A stretch of 63,126 nucleotides of DNA, the filler included, from Octopus bimaculoides (taxonomy: Eukaryota): NCBI RefSeq assembly GCF_001194135.2. It is 6 parts of 5 records of this genome, joined end to end, with 100 filler letters (N's around TTAATTAATTAA, not from the genome) between each part and the next. Parts side by side here need not be neighbours in the genome. Positions count along the whole stretch, not along the records: positions 20,511 to 24,556 come from NW_026347905.1; positions 24,657 to 43,979 come from NC_068981.1; 4 more parts are not named here. One strand, 5' to 3'. The translations under genes and the position numbers were made by a program. Below are positions 23,841-38,735 of the stretch, one piece after another (position 1 is the stretch's first letter; each line of letters begins with the position of its first letter). The notes beneath the pieces are model-generated. The model did not search any database, was not told where the DNA came from, and saw only the letters and a program-made list of their open reading frames with translations.

Positions 23841-24040
23841 AGCAGCGAGCCGGCAAAATCGGAAGCGCGTCGGACGAAATACCTAGCGGTATTTCGCCCG
23901 TTGCTACGTTCTGAGTTCTAATTCCGCCGAGGTCGACTTTGTCTTTTATCCTTTCGGGGTCGATAAACACTGGGGTCGATATAATCCACTAGACCCCCAC
24001 CCCTAAAATTTCAGGCCTTGTGCCTACAGTAAAAAGTATC
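23841..24040 (+). mobile_element. SINE family E
   Basis: GCGGTATTTCGCCCG..GAGTTCTAATTCCGCCGAGGTCGACTTTG..ATCCTTTCGGGGTCGATAAA. Confidence 0.8.
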
Positions 24041-24041
24041 A

Positions 24042-24091
<50 letters not shown>

Positions 24092-24099
24092 TAGAATCA

Positions 24100-24232
24100 A
24101 ATCCGTACCTGTGCTCAAATGGTACATATTTTATCGACCCTGAAGGATGATAAGGAAAGGACGGACGAAATGCCACCAGGTATCTTGTCCGACGTGCTAC
24201 CGATTCCAAAGGCTCACCGACTTAATAATAAT
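24100..24232 (-). mobile_element. SINE family E, degenerate
   Basis: Reverse complement of the family E core (TTATCGACCCTGAAGGATGA). Confidence 0.55.
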
Positions 24233-24284
24233 AATAATAATATCTGGTTTCAAATTTTGGCGCGATGCTAGAAGTTCATTTCTA

Positions 24285-24420
24285 CAGCCGAGAGAACTGG
24301 AGTAATGTGAAATAGAGTGTCTTGCTCAAGAACACAAGACACATCACGGTCCGGGATATCGAACTCACTACCTCATGATTATGAACCCAACGCTCTAACC
24401 ACTGAGCTATGTGCCTTCTG
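24285..24420 (-). mobile_element. SINE family C, 5' part
   Basis: GTCTTGCTCAAGAACAC..ATCGAACTCACTACC..TAACCACTGAGC. Confidence 0.7.
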
Positions 24421-25682
24421 AAAAAAAATTCAGAAAAAAAAAAACCATAAATAAATAGAAACCCCAGTAGTGGAGAAGTCTACCTAGGCTAATTCGGGGA
24501 GAACTCCATAAAAGAAGAAGAAGAAGAAGAAGAAGAAGAAGAAGAAGAAGAAGAAGNNNNNNNNNNNNNNNNNNNNNNNNNNNNNNNNNNNNNNNNNNNN
24601 TTAATTAATTAANNNNNNNNNNNNNNNNNNNNNNNNNNNNNNNNNNNNNNNNNNNNTATATATGTGTATATATATATATGCCCATATACTCATTCATAAA
24701 TAACGTAAATGAATGAAGATACGTCATCAAGGCACGTTTCCCAAATGAGTATAATACTGATTAGGTTAGCCTAATAGAATATGAAAATATTATTTCGAAT
24801 TCAATTTTTACGCTTATATGGATTAAGATGTATGTAATATATTAGGTCATCTGCAAACTGAAAGATATTGTACCTATATGTTATTTTATTTCTTTATTTT
24901 ATGGAACGTAATTTTAATTCATTTTAATTCTTCTCACGGTCAAATGAAAAATTTTTTTTTTCATAGATAGTTTTTCTTAATAGAGACATATTTACTCCTA
25001 TAATTATAATTAATTAATTCTGTTTATCTCTATTTATTAGGTTTTATTTAACATTATCACAGATCAAATTGCAATCCGATCTTGACATACAACATCTTGT
25101 TAGCATTAAACTCAGAATGTCTGATAAGTTTGTTATTATAACAAGGGAGATGGTTAATGAATAGGTGTCAGTCAGCTGAAGTTTACAGTTATGACTTCTA
25201 CCACTTTATAATAACGTATCCTAATTTTGGCAGGAGTATTCGCACGTTGAAAAGAAAAGAAAAAACACGTCTATAATTCCTCTCCTTCTGTAGCATTGGA
25301 ATCGCTCAAATGAAGAGTCGACGAATTATTTTTTATTGCAACGTGCAAATTTTGGGTCGTGTCAGGCTGTTTGAAATGCGTGTAAATGAAAATCGCAGAT
25401 AATGTTCTATCATTCTAGGTTTTTGTTTTCTTTATATACACCGAGTTGTTTCCTTTATATACACCGAGATATTTTTATAATACTTATACCTCAGACTTAG
25501 AAATCGAATATGTCATAAGAAATGAACGAAAACGTACATAGATTGGTGTGAAATTACCTGGAAAATTTCGGTTTCGTCAGCCGGATCCGTGTTTTACTGA
25601 GTTGTGAAACAGATATAGGCCTGTATGCATATAATTCACACGCTGAACTACAGACAGACACACAGACACATATGATTGTGCG

Positions 25683-25719
<37 letters not shown>

Positions 25720-25767
25720 TTTGTGTGTGTGTCTGTGTGTGTGTGTGCGTGTATGTGTGTGTCTGTG

Positions 25768-25802
<35 letters not shown>

Positions 25803-25964
25803 GTATCACGACAAACACTAATCACCAGATTTAAAATATCATTTTCATTAAAATGTTCTTCACTTCGATTGGTGTAATCATGTATCTGAGGTCAAACATT
25901 GGCGAAGCGTCACAGTTACTGTTAATATTTGCGCATTTAAAATGAATTTTAATATTCTATACAA

Positions 25965-26100
25965 GTGAAATTCTGCAGCGTTAGACGTTTCCATTCATTC
26001 TTCTGGGGTCTATAAAATAACTACCCGCTGAAAATCGGGGCTATTTAATCGACTTCATCCCTTCCCTGAAACTGTTGGCCTTGTGGCAAAATTCGAAACC
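25965..26100 (+). mobile_element. SINE family E, very degenerate
   Basis: TTCATTCTTCTGGGGTCTATAAAATAACTACC..TAATCGACT..GGCCTTGTG. Confidence 0.45.
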
Positions 26101-26354
26101 AATATTTTACGCAAGCGTTTTCATTGCATTGATATTTAGATGGTTTTGATTAAAACTTCTCAAAACTCGTGCAACATAGGAGGAAATTAGGAGAAGTGTC
26201 GACATATCACCTTGCAATATTTGTTCAAGCTTCATACCTTCGGATTTTACTTCCCGAAGTCATCAAATAGTTATTAACAGAAATGTATAACCGTAGGAAA
26301 TCTTTGCAATTTTATATGTGAGGTTATAAAGGAACTGCAAATAAAGCAACTGAT

Positions 26355-26510
26355 ACTCCATCGGTTACGCTGACGATGGTTCAAGTTGACCCGATCAACG
26401 AAACAACCTGATCCTGAAAATAATGTGCATACGCTCGAGTACTCCACAGACACGCATAATCTTAACGTAGTTCTCGGGGCGATTCAGCTTGATAGTGAGT
26501 GTGACAAGTC
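26355..26510 (-). mobile_element. Repeat family B, inverted partial copy
   Basis: Reverse complement of 4320-4465. Confidence 0.65.
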
Positions 26511-26539
26511 TGGCATTTTGAAGTGCAGGTACTACTCAC

Positions 26540-26680
26540 TTTTGCCAGCTGAGTGGACTGGAGCAACATAAAATAAAGTGTCTTGCTCCAGGAAACAACG
26601 TGTTGCCGGTAATTGAACTCATGACCTCGTGATCACTAGCCGAATGCGCTACCCACTAAGCCAGGCTCCTTCACCACAGG
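26540..26680 (-). mobile_element. SINE family C, 5' part
   Basis: CAGCTGAGTGGACTGGAGCAAC..GTGTCTTGCTC..TTGAACTCATGACC. Confidence 0.7.
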
Positions 26681-29600
26681 TAAAGTAATTTAGATTAACT
26701 TCCAAAAACGAATACAATTAACTGAAATATGATTTGGAACATATGAAAAGGAGGCATATGGTGTAACGCATGTTTCTCTATATTCCTCTAAAATGAATAT
26801 ACACGTGTAATGCTTGAAGTCGTGGGTCTTCAAATCTTGCGTAATCATTATCAATTTAACTTATGGTCATTTGAGGGACATTTACTAATTATTTCTAACT
26901 GATCGAGCAGCATATGCTGAAGATTTTGCAATTAAGTCAATTAATAGTTTAGTCAACGTTGTTTGAATTTGCTATCATATCGTCACAGAGGGCAAAAGTA
27001 CCAAGAGTATAGCAAATCACACACATGCAAAGAAAAAAAAAACAATAGCTGTGAAAAGCGTAGTAACGAAAACATTCACAAGTTAATTAACATTAAAATA
27101 GATTGCAAAGTGAAAAAATGTAATATTCATTCAGATTTTTCCAAATTAATTATTCGTCACTCTATTGCATACCCCTAAATGCTGTCTGTTTGTATATGAG
27201 CTGTATTAATATGTTTAACTCCTTCGAGTCTAATTATATTCTGTTCACGTCGATAATTAAAACCTTCCCCCTTTTAATCAACGTAGTATGTTTCTCTTGG
27301 ATCTTTTGTACGGAACACTGACTTAGGTTATGAAGAACTCCTACTATCTTTCATTTCATCACCTAAAATTAATTAGAATATGGCTCTGTTAATATTTGTT
27401 TAAGAATGATTAATTTTCTATACATTTCGTTTTGTTTTATATATTTCTAAATACTCTTTTTGCTCTAATCACTTTATACAGTGTCAGAATCATTAACCTA
27501 AGGACTAATGATATCGCATTCAAAAGTTAAATGCTGAAATTACTTCACATAATATATTAATTTTCAACTAATAACAAGTAGGATACTTAGTACATCGCTG
27601 ACCATCATGATACAGCGATGCATTAGATTTTTGAGAGTTAATAATAAAATATTACCAATTGACGTCTACATGTGTATATGTTACTAGATGGAACGTTTAT
27701 ACATGTTGTTCCAGGAAAGCAATGGCTATATCATTCATACATTTCATTATTATTGTTCAGCATTGAAACGACTTATATCTAGCGCTTATATCGATATCAC
27801 AATAAACGTTTCATTTTTACACAGGCTGTAGAGTTATGGTGTATATTATTGCAGCTGCAGCTTCGAGAAGTGAATATATTATTGCTACTTTTATATGGCC
27901 GGAGCAAGTTTAGTTCACCATGTCCATAGTCACGTGTCCAGTGCCAGCTGCATGTAGAAACTGCAGGTCTTCATTTAGATGTCCAAAGAAACAATTCAGC
28001 AAATATTTGGCCACTTCACCAAATGCTTTACAAAACAGTACGAAAAATGCATTGCAGCATGCCAGATTACCTGCAAGATGCACGCCGCATATTGCTAAGC
28101 AAATATTCACCGGAGAAACAGTGCTGCAGTAAGATATTTAGGCTAGTGCCAATCTTATCCTCAATCGATCAAAGGTAAAATAATACATTGGGGATAACTT
28201 ATTCTTTAAATGACTGTAACTCTACAAACGGAAATTACTGTATTATCTCGTTTTGTTTGTTTCTATGCTTACGATATGATTAACTATAACAGATATTCAC
28301 AATGTTCAAAACTTTACTCAACAGGTCTCTTCAAAAAAAAGTTAAACCTTTTCCTTCGTTTATTCATAAGGATACTTAGCCAATATTTTTGTCATAGCAT
28401 ATATCTAATGCAGGAATGATAATGTCAATTTGATAAATAACTGGAAAACTATTTTAGTATATTTATTTCTGTAACTTTTCTAACATCATGAATTATTGTT
28501 TTTCTACGTCTTTAATACGTAAGAGATGAAGTAGTGTGTCCATATTTATCAATCAATATATTAAATGGTATCAATTTCAATAAGTTCCGAGCTGTACCAA
28601 TGAGAGTATCTCTGTAACGTATGTCTATTTTAGTTTTGAGATATACAAACACATCATTGAACTAATTCAAATCGAGTGTATGGTTAATATACCAATAAGA
28701 AAACTAAAGGTACATAAATAGTAAGACAAATAGAGGAAGACATTCTTAAATAAATTGAAATGAACTCTGACACGTGATAGTGATTAAAGTAAACTTTTGC
28801 AGTGAGGCTGTTAATAGGTGGCAGAAATTTATAGTAGTGATTTTTAGATTACTGTAACCACACATTATTCGTATATGAAGATTAATGTATGAAACGGCAT
28901 TGTGTTCTTTATTTGTTAATTGAGATTTATTTGGTTCGTAAACATCATGTAGTGTGTGAACTTATAAAATTATTTCTTGAAATATTGTTAGATTCCGGTT
29001 TCTGTGATCATCGAAATTCAAGCAGTATGTGCTCATACTGCCATCTGTTGCCTTATTTCAATATATATACAAGGATTGTGCCACAATGTTTAAAGCTGTA
29101 ATCATAGGACGGAGTAAGACAACAGCAGAAAGAAAGGGAATTAACTGATTGAAATGTAGTGAAAAAAAATATATATAAATTATATATCTCAATGCACAAA
29201 ATTATGGAATGGCTAATATATATTCTTTGTGGCATACACGCAATCAAGTGCTTAACATCTTAAGCTGTTATTGTGATACTGATCTAAAGCTGCACACACA
29301 ATTTTGTGATATTGGACGTTTACACAGATGTGTTTAAAACATTCAAGGATTGTGTGCGGAATAATTTTTTTTCATATTCCATATAATCAAGAATTGAAGC
29401 TTAGGCAAGAAGTAAGAAAATATGGCTGAATTTCAGTATGAACATTTGGAAATAATACCTAATGTCTGGTAATTATACTCATGAAATACGATCGCCGTAA
29501 TCAGTAACTATGGTTCCAGGATGTTCAGGCAATAAAGTTATTGTATCTTAATCTGAGCTGTTCTGTATGTTAGCTCCTTATTTATATAGTGTTACTAACC

Positions 29601-31950
29601 CAGTTTCTCTAGGACCTCTGTTTTACATGATTAAACGGAGGTCCGAAAAGAAAAATTTGTGTTAAAGATAGGTACTTTTTGTCATCGGTGGCATTAGATA
29701 CCTTGCTTGAAATCACTCTGCTACGGAAGTGTTATTTCAAAACATTCTACAGATATCTAGATTCGGTTCATGACTACAGGATTTACTAATTGTATCAAAG
29801 TTATATTCAATAATAAATGTACTATTGCACAACTTTACTTAGAAAGTGCGAATCATGAATTTATTTTTAGACTTTATACTTAGAAACTTTTGCATCATAT
29901 ATGCACAGAATTTGAATATATTTTTTTGATTTGTCAAAATGTTTATGATGTGTGAACTGCAAAATATCATGGAGATGGGATATCACCAAACTACTAATAA
30001 CCTACTAGAAATTGCATTCAAATCACAAGCTCTGCGCATAGCTCTAAGGCATTAAAAACTTAACCATCAATGCCGTTCCACAACTTACGCTTTAGAATAT
30101 CTAAGTATTTATCATGTTAGCAACATACTTATATGACTTCTATCTATCATGTTAGGAACACACTTCTATAACACGCTTATACAATTAGCGGAATATGCTT
30201 GAAACGCGTATAGCATAGAAGACGAGACCTAAACATTCAGAAGTTAAAAACTACACTCTTGAAAATCGAGAACACCATACATTTTAAACAACAAAGGAAA
30301 TCTCACTTCTAATTATTTTCAATTACTTTTCGAAACACTTCTGAATTCGTGTCTAGATTACTGTAACCTAAAGATTCCTACCTACTCATTATTTGGTTTT
30401 ACATGTCTATGTGAGGGACTGAAGTATAACATGAAGTGCATCGAAATCCTTAAACTATCAAGTCGGGACACTAAAATTTACCACATGTATCACAAGGATC
30501 AAATTAAGGTGCCCGCGTTAATACAACGGTACAAGAAACTCATTGCATCGACGAAAGCAAACCTGTTACCTAGACATCAGAAAAGTATTAGAAGGTTGCT
30601 GAAGAGAAAAGTAAAATGAGCTAATCTGTCATTGCATAATCTCCTCCAGAAGTTTCGTGAATCTGATCTTGTAACTGAAGTCGATCAAGAGTCCATTACA
30701 AAAAAAAATGTGTTTGCACGTACTCCGCTTCCTATTATAAACTCTAATCCTGCTCCAAACAATTTATCTCTAACGATTCGAACATATTTGTAACTCTTCG
30801 AGAATAAAGTTAAAAACGTCTGTTCTGAATGTCACATAACAACCATACATATCAGAATTTAAGATTCACTAAAAAGTCATATATCAATTATATTTTAATA
30901 GAATTTTAGCACGAAGACAGCATCATTTTGCAAAGACATTGATTCATAATTAAATCAGTATATACTAGACACACTAATATTATAAAGATATCAAAATAAA
31001 AGAAAAAAACACAATACTTGCACAGCACACTTCTTATCACCTTATCTCATCGATATCGAAATGTTTTATCTTCCGTCTGAATACATTTTCCACGGGGCGA
31101 AAACAATTGAGTCGTGACAGTGTAAATCACCAGAATCGAAAAAAAAATACACTTTTCAACTAGTTTTAGGTACTTTTCTCCGGTTCGGTACCACAAGCAG
31201 ACACACATACACACACGAACACGCCAGCACGCCCGTGCAAACACACATACACACAACACACACACACACATATTCATACTCACACAAAGAAACCCTTACT
31301 AGTGCAGATCAACTTACAGATATATCCTACATACAGTAAGATGTGATAAATTGTAATAAACTGTCCTATATGAAGTATAAGTAAGAACATTTTCATCATG
31401 ATAAAATAAATTATATAGATAAAGATAATGTGCTCTGCGGCTATATATGAATCTGAAATCATAATCATAAAACTATGCTTACTGAAACTGAAAGAACAAG
31501 ATTAAGAGAAATGCTCTTGGCAAAATTTAATGAGAAATTACATGAAAATTACATATCTCGATGGAAATTTCCACCCGAAAATTACAATAATAATTTGACA
31601 GCAAATAAGTCAAAATGTGTCAGAAGAAATCAATAAATATACACTTGCGTGTCCTTGTAGAGAAATTACACCTTTAAATTAGACAACATGAAATAAGCAG
31701 GAATCAGGAGTTTTATGCGAATTGGTAGACAATTTTCTGTTAGTTACCAATACAGTACAGTTATTAGAGCAGAAGGTTTCTTTATTAAAAAAAATCTCTT
31801 CATTCATTTAGGAAGAGTATTTGAAGAAACAATACGTGATGTCGTTTCGAGGCCGATATCAAGGTGAATCAGTGTAGTATTGTAGTACCGTTAACGTTAT
31901 GTACTTGTTACTAAATTAGAAAGCATTAATATTTTTATTATCGTTGGTAA

Positions 31951-32155
31951 GGCGGTTAACTTTCAGAGTCGTTAGTACTCCGTGAAACATATTTTGCGGT
32001 ATTTCGCCCGTCACTACTTTCTGAGTTCAAATTCTGCCGACGTCGACTTTGTCCATTATCCTTTCGGGTTCAATAAATAAAGTACTAGTCACGTATGTTG
32101 TGATCGACTTACCCCTATCGCCAAATTTCAGGCCTTGTTCCTATAGTAGAATGAT
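31951..32155 (+). mobile_element. SINE family E
   Basis: GCGGTATTTCGCCCG..GAGTTCAAATTCTGCCG..ATCCTTTCGGG. Confidence 0.75.
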
Positions 32156-33689
32156 TATTATTGTTGATGCTGTTGTTGAGTTTACGAAAGCAAAATTTAG
32201 TTTTAGTACACGTAAGATGTTATTGAATGTCATTGTGTCAAGAAAGTAATTTGGATTTGTTGAACTATTTTGTAATAAATTTAACCAGTATCCCATTTTT
32301 GAAGGAAATTTAAGAGGCTCTTAGCAGAGATGCATATTTATTCGCAAATCTTGCAGACAGTTAGCTGTTCCAACAGCCAATATGATACATTTTTCCCACT
32401 ATTACCTATTAGCAGGGAATATATGAACTACAAAAGCATTGTCAACAAAAGCAACATTGGTAAAAACTATAGAAATTAAATGACTTGTGACAGCAACTCT
32501 GACACCACCATCATTTCCACCACCAGTGTCAATGGAAACAACATCTATAAGTATGGAAAATAAAGAAATAAAGCAAAATTGTCGATTTAACCCAAACGAA
32601 AATTTAAATCTTCAACAAACTCGAATATTAATTGCAAGACATCACAGTTAGCAAATCTCAAGATACTGAGTTTGCAAACTATAAGCAAATTTAAGTAATT
32701 AAAATCTAAACCTATCTTAAAAAGTTGAATTAAACAGTCTGTAAATTACTGAACATGAGACCGAGCTGGAAAAATCTACCCTTTAAGACGATTGGCATGA
32801 AATTCAGAGCGTAGACCAAATGACACGGCAAGAAACGGAAACGAGTCTCGGGCTGATTCGGGGCATGAAAATGATAAGGAGAGGTATGTTAAGTTTAAGC
32901 TACCCGTGCAACGGACGTGGACATAAAGCACTTCACGAAAAAACGAATGACTAACGAGCTGGTTCTTATACAAATCTACGTTGGTTATTGGATACTGGCT
33001 ATATAAAGATTATAGATATGATCCAGTAAGTAAATATCTACTGAGTGAAGTTGAGAGACCTCTTTGACATATCCACATATCTTTATACTATAACGACCAG
33101 AATCAAAATAATAAGTTGGGATAAGTTACCTGAATCGAAAACACACTTTTCTGCTGGCTTTGCGTACCTTTCTGCTGTCCCGTAATATACACACACATAC
33201 ACAAACACGGTAAGATATTCATCCATACACAATGAAACACTTACTCGTACATATATATCCTACATAGTGTAAGATATGACAAATTGTAATAAACTGTAAA
33301 ATATGATAATTATAATAAACGTATGTTGATACCAAATCGGCATATGATAGAAAACTAAGATTCGTCGCGGGAAAAGTAATGAAAGTATTGACACAAACCA
33401 AGACGAATGTAAGAAATACATTCTGGTCGCGATAAATTTATCAAGTGGCACAAAACTATACGTTGTCGATAAAGGCAAAAATAACAACGATATCATGTGT
33501 GTAGTGACACAAACCATCGCAATTGTAAAGCATTCTTCCGCAGTAATGGGGAAAATGTGATTCAAACATGGCCGATACTACCGTCACGACAGGAAAAAAC
33601 AAAAAAAAAACAAACAAAAACAAAACAAAACAATCCTCAAGGGCCAGGTTCAACGACATCTGCAACTGAGAGTTCCCTAGTTACAACAA

Positions 33690-33800
33690 AGCAAATGGAT
33701 TGTGACCGCCTCCCCAAACTTGTCTGTCTGTACTTGAGAGTCGTCGTATGGAAAAGAGGACAAATCAAATGGCAACCGGTAACAGGCTATAAAAACGAAG
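33690..33800 (+). mobile_element. Possible RTE 3' relic
   Basis: MDCDRLPKL..YGKR..QIK resembles the RTE C-terminus M.D.RLPK..LY..GKR. Confidence 0.3.
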
Positions 33801-36800
33801 AAAAATTGACACCGACCAAAATGCAAATGAATACAAGAAGCAGCTACGAAAAACAACATACTAACACCATCTCCAAGCACAGACACCAGGAATATTACCA
33901 ACACAACCATAGCCAACTTTACCATCATCCGCAGCATTATCACCACCATCACTGTCGTCACAGTCACTATCACCACCACAGAAACAAACTTCTTCACAAA
34001 CACCGTCAAAATCTAATAAACCTCCAAACCAACAACAGCTGTTAAGAATCTGTTTAAGATTAGACTGACATAAATAAAAGGTAAAAGATTTAATGAATCA
34101 CGTAAACCAGAACACAGACATTACTAAGGATGACGAAATGTTGCTGACAAATAATAAACTTAGTTTAAACAAGCATATTTAAGCTGAAAATAATGGAGGA
34201 GAGAAGAGGACTTGCCATGGTGCTCTTTGTGCTCAAAATTAATTGGGATCTATGAGCCTCCTTGGTCTCAGCATAGTGGCGTGTCTCACTTATTGGGAAA
34301 TGTTGTTATAATGACCCATTTGTTAACTTATATTGTTTTATCGTTTACACATTGTTCTGTAATTACACGTTATTCCTACTTTTGTATCTATCATCACATA
34401 ATGTGCTGATCAATAATATTCTGAGCACGAACTTGCTGGATTTGTGACTAAATTAGTAACCATTATTTAATTTTCTACTTTAATCTTTCATATCCTGTCT
34501 TCGTGTTAGGTATCGTAAGATTCTTTGAATTCTAAGTATTTCTTGATATGTAAAAACAATGTTTTTCATCATGCTAAACAATACCTCGGATATATGAATG
34601 TTGATATATTTCAATTGCGATATGCTAATCATCAGAACCGATTGAAAAATGCAGGGCAAAATATTATACACCTTGTATTATTTCCTTTTCCCTCTACACA
34701 TCCATGTTCGAAATGTCAATGGGGTAAAGAAACGTGATAAATCTCTAGATTTCCTATAAATGCTTCCACGATATTTTCTTGTTTTTCGGGCTAGCAAATT
34801 GGGTTCAGAACCCGGCAAAACAAGCACCTCCAAACAAGAGAATATTGCACGCATTTTAATTCTAAAATTAAGAAATTAAAAAAGGAACAAAATTTGGAGG
34901 TCTAAACCTAGTAATCTGGATATTGTTATTCTCAAGTATGCTCCTCAAACGGTAATTGTTAAATTCATATTAAACTCACAAATTCGTCGGTATACCTGTC
35001 ACCAAGATAAACATAATATATTCAATCATGATGCCCATCATTTCCTGGATCCTCTCCTTATATCCAGATGGTCTATAGACATTGAAGTTGTGATTAAATT
35101 AATATAAAATTCGGGTATTATACTTTCCGTTTATTTCACGTCTATTTAAAACACGTTAAGTATTCGTCGGATCTTGCCCTTGCACGTACATTGTAACTGT
35201 GTTATCATCTTTATTACTAACATTGCTTGATTTATTGGTTGATGTGTCTATTACAAGACATTCCATTTGTATCGTAGCAACATCCGATAACTTACCACAA
35301 GTTTCTTTTATCTTATATTCTCTGAATAGAATGTTCGTTGTTTATAATTCAAGTAATCTTTCTTGAATCAGATTTATATACTAATAAATGAAATATGAAT
35401 TGGCTGTTATAGTTCTAACTGAGCTATTTCAATAAAGCTGGAGATGAAATAAACTTCTTTGGAGTTAAAATGGTTGCAGTTCTGATGTTTCTTCTCTAAA
35501 TGTCATGACATTTTCTCCATAGCACTAAAGTGTATTTCATTATTAACTTTTAAAGACGACTGAAATTTGGTATTCTCCGTAGCGCATCCAACAAGCTATT
35601 TTCTGATATTTAGCTGTACAATTAATGTTCTAAGTTCGAATACTGTGACTATATATTTGTTTGCATATACTCCGAATGTCTCTACCCTACAATGTTTGGT
35701 TGTACAGTTGTATTGAAAGTCCTAATTAATATTGTTAACTCACAATGAGACAAGTGTATAATTGTTTGCATTCAGGCAATTGCCGTCCTGTGTTCTTCTA
35801 GCATTACTTTATATGTATGTTGTTTTTAAGATCAATTTATATCTATGTTTCATTGTATTTATATCTATGTTTGGAGTATTTACTCTTCGGGAATCTTTCG
35901 TTTCAGTGACAGAAATGAAAGGATCTCGGAAAAATGGCTTGCAGCATTTAGTTCTGTACCTTCATATTTTCTTGTAATTTCATGACCAGTCAACGACATC
36001 ATTTCTTCGGCCATTCCAAATACAAATGTGCCATGCATGTCATTGAGACACTTAAATTAATATTCTCTTTACAACTTATACGGCATGATCGGTATCATAT
36101 TTCACGACAGCAATATATAATTCGGTATAGAGACGTCTCAATTGAAAGACAGTACGTCATTTGTGAATAAAAAATTAAGGGAACTTAAATGAATAGAACA
36201 TTACAGTTACATTTACTATTTGTAATATATTTACAAAACTGAATTCATTTAAAATTTATCATTCATATATGTTTTAAGACACGTCTTCTTTTTATTTCAT
36301 ATAAATTTCAGAATATTTGGAAGTTCACACACGTATTTAACGTAAATAGGCAATCGTAGGAGAAACATAACGATCGCTCCTAAATATAATGCTTTTTTAT
36401 ACTTGAAATATAATCTAAATAACCGTGTCATTTGAAATGTAAGCTTCTAATTTACACATTTAGGAACGCAGCTTGACAAAGCTTATATGTAGCTCTTATT
36501 ACGTACATGTTAACTTTCATATGGACTAATTGTATTAAATACCATATGAATTCACTTTAATTGCTGGCAGAAAATGCTGTCAGTCAAATTGCAATGCTTA
36601 TGGCATAGTAAAGCAATATTCCTGTATATACTCTAGAGAGTCTTCAAAATACACATTGTAGGGTAACTAGCTGTTACATCCGAAATATTAATTCAAAGTA
36701 GCCGTACAAGAATATAACTTAGCAATATAGCACGATCACCACAACTGGTCAACATTGAAAATGTATGATTACCGCAGTAGAAATCTAAATCATTTCAATT

Positions 36801-37273
36801 TACACAACCGAAGTGTATTTTCCTTTATAATATTGTATTCTTCCTACTCCTGATTGTGTCGATAGAACTCAAAAGATTGTAAACACTACACTAAAAACAA
36901 TACTATAATGTGATTTCAGTCGGATTTAGAAACATGAATTCGAACTGAAAACAATTATCCAGACAATAAAGTGAAACTACTCTAGATCTTTGTTTTGTGC
37001 AAACATAAATTGCAATGCTGATTTCCCAAACGGCACTACTTTTCAACTCACATCCCATTTTTTTTTTTGGCAGATTTTAATTTTTCAGGATCTAAAATAT
37101 CAAAATTTAAATCCTTGATTTCTACTCTATCTGATTCGAATGAATAAATTTATTCAACAATGTATCCTTAAATTTGAGCACCTATTTGCAAACACGAACT
37201 ATTCAGTAATNNNNNNNNNNNNNNNNNNNNNNNNNNNNNNNNNNNNNNNNNNNNNNNNNNNNNNNNNNNNNNN

Positions 37274-37314
<41 letters not shown>

Positions 37315-38479
37315 CTCTGTGTGTATGTGTGTGCGCTCGCACATAATATGAATGGACATACGCGTGTGTATATTTTTTAATTCAAATGATTGCAAGGTAG
37401 ACGATACTTGGCAGTTGTTCCTTATCATATGTATAATCATTTATTTATTTTAAAATCTCGTGCGATCTCATGTGATTTGGTTGTATTTTCATTGAAGATA
37501 ACGACAAGCGTCAACGTCCCATGTGTGACACTTTGTTAAGATTCCTATCTAACTAAAACCAGCGGTAGCCTTGTTAACCCACAAATAAGGAAATAAATGT
37601 GTGTGTGTGTGTCTATATGTGTTTAATAGTATGTGCATGTGTTTTGTGTGTGTGGATTTGTGGGTGTGTGTGTGTTTTGTGTATGTGTGCGTGTAAACAA
37701 TTTCTGTGCATTCTTACGATTTGATTCTCTACAACATATTCGGGAAAAAAAATATTTACACTGACAGGTCTTTATAAACAAAGAAACGGACAAATTCAGA
37801 CATCCTGATCGAATTGTTTTTAAAATCAATTCAGGTAACAACGCAGTAAAGAAGAAAGTAATTTGTGTGCACCGTACAAATCAAAATACCTGATTTAAGT
37901 ACACAAATATAGAGAGCTCTCCTTGTTTGTGACCACTGATGGAAAACTCCATGGAAAAAGTCATATTCCAGAGAGACGTTTCGCTAAAATTAGAATATAC
38001 AATTATGGCTAGTTCTAATTATACTTTGAAAAAGTCTACTCCATAAATACTAAAAAAACATACTGTCCTGCAACAGTATCTCAATGTCATGAAGTATACG
38101 CGTTTTATATTTCATTATGTGTCACGGTATTTACAGAGGAAGAAGATAATCGTTTTATTATCGATTATGATTTTTGCTTGAAACCACTTTAATTTTCTCT
38201 TCAAATGTCATAACATCAATATAACATCAAACACTCAATACAGATAAATATTGAGTAATCACATTGGCTATACCACCGATTTTCAACGCCATTTTTGCGG
38301 GGATATGTCTTTAGAGCAAACTTTTTTGATTTTGCAACACGAACAAAATTCAAGAGAAACAAAGATACATTTTCAGAGCATGTACTGATAAACGAGAAAT
38401 TTAATACTGAAGAGATATAAATTGCTCTCGATTCATTAATGCGAATGGTATGTTTACATTAAGCATACACACATACACA

Positions 38480-38519
<40 letters not shown>

Positions 38520-38544
38520 AATTTTTTTATTCATTTTATTCTTT

Positions 38545-38735
38545 TACGTATTTCAGTCATTTGACTGCGGCCATGCTGGAGCACCGCCTTTACTTGAACA
38601 AATGGACTCCAGGACTTACTCTCTGTAAGCCTAGTACTTATTTTATCTGTTTCTTTTGCCGAACCGCTAGATTACGGAGACCTAAACACATCAACATCAG
38701 TTGTCAAGTGATGGTGTGGGGACGAACAGTTACAT
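38545..38735 (-). mobile_element. SINE family F, 3' part
   Basis: Reverse complement of 59995-60180 (CAGCATGGCC.CAGTCAAATGAC). Confidence 0.75.

Noticed and set aside
30598-30625. Other CTGANGA hits (also 889, 46620, 46697, 47170, 51575)
   Set aside because: No stem II plus GAAA plus NUH architecture follows.
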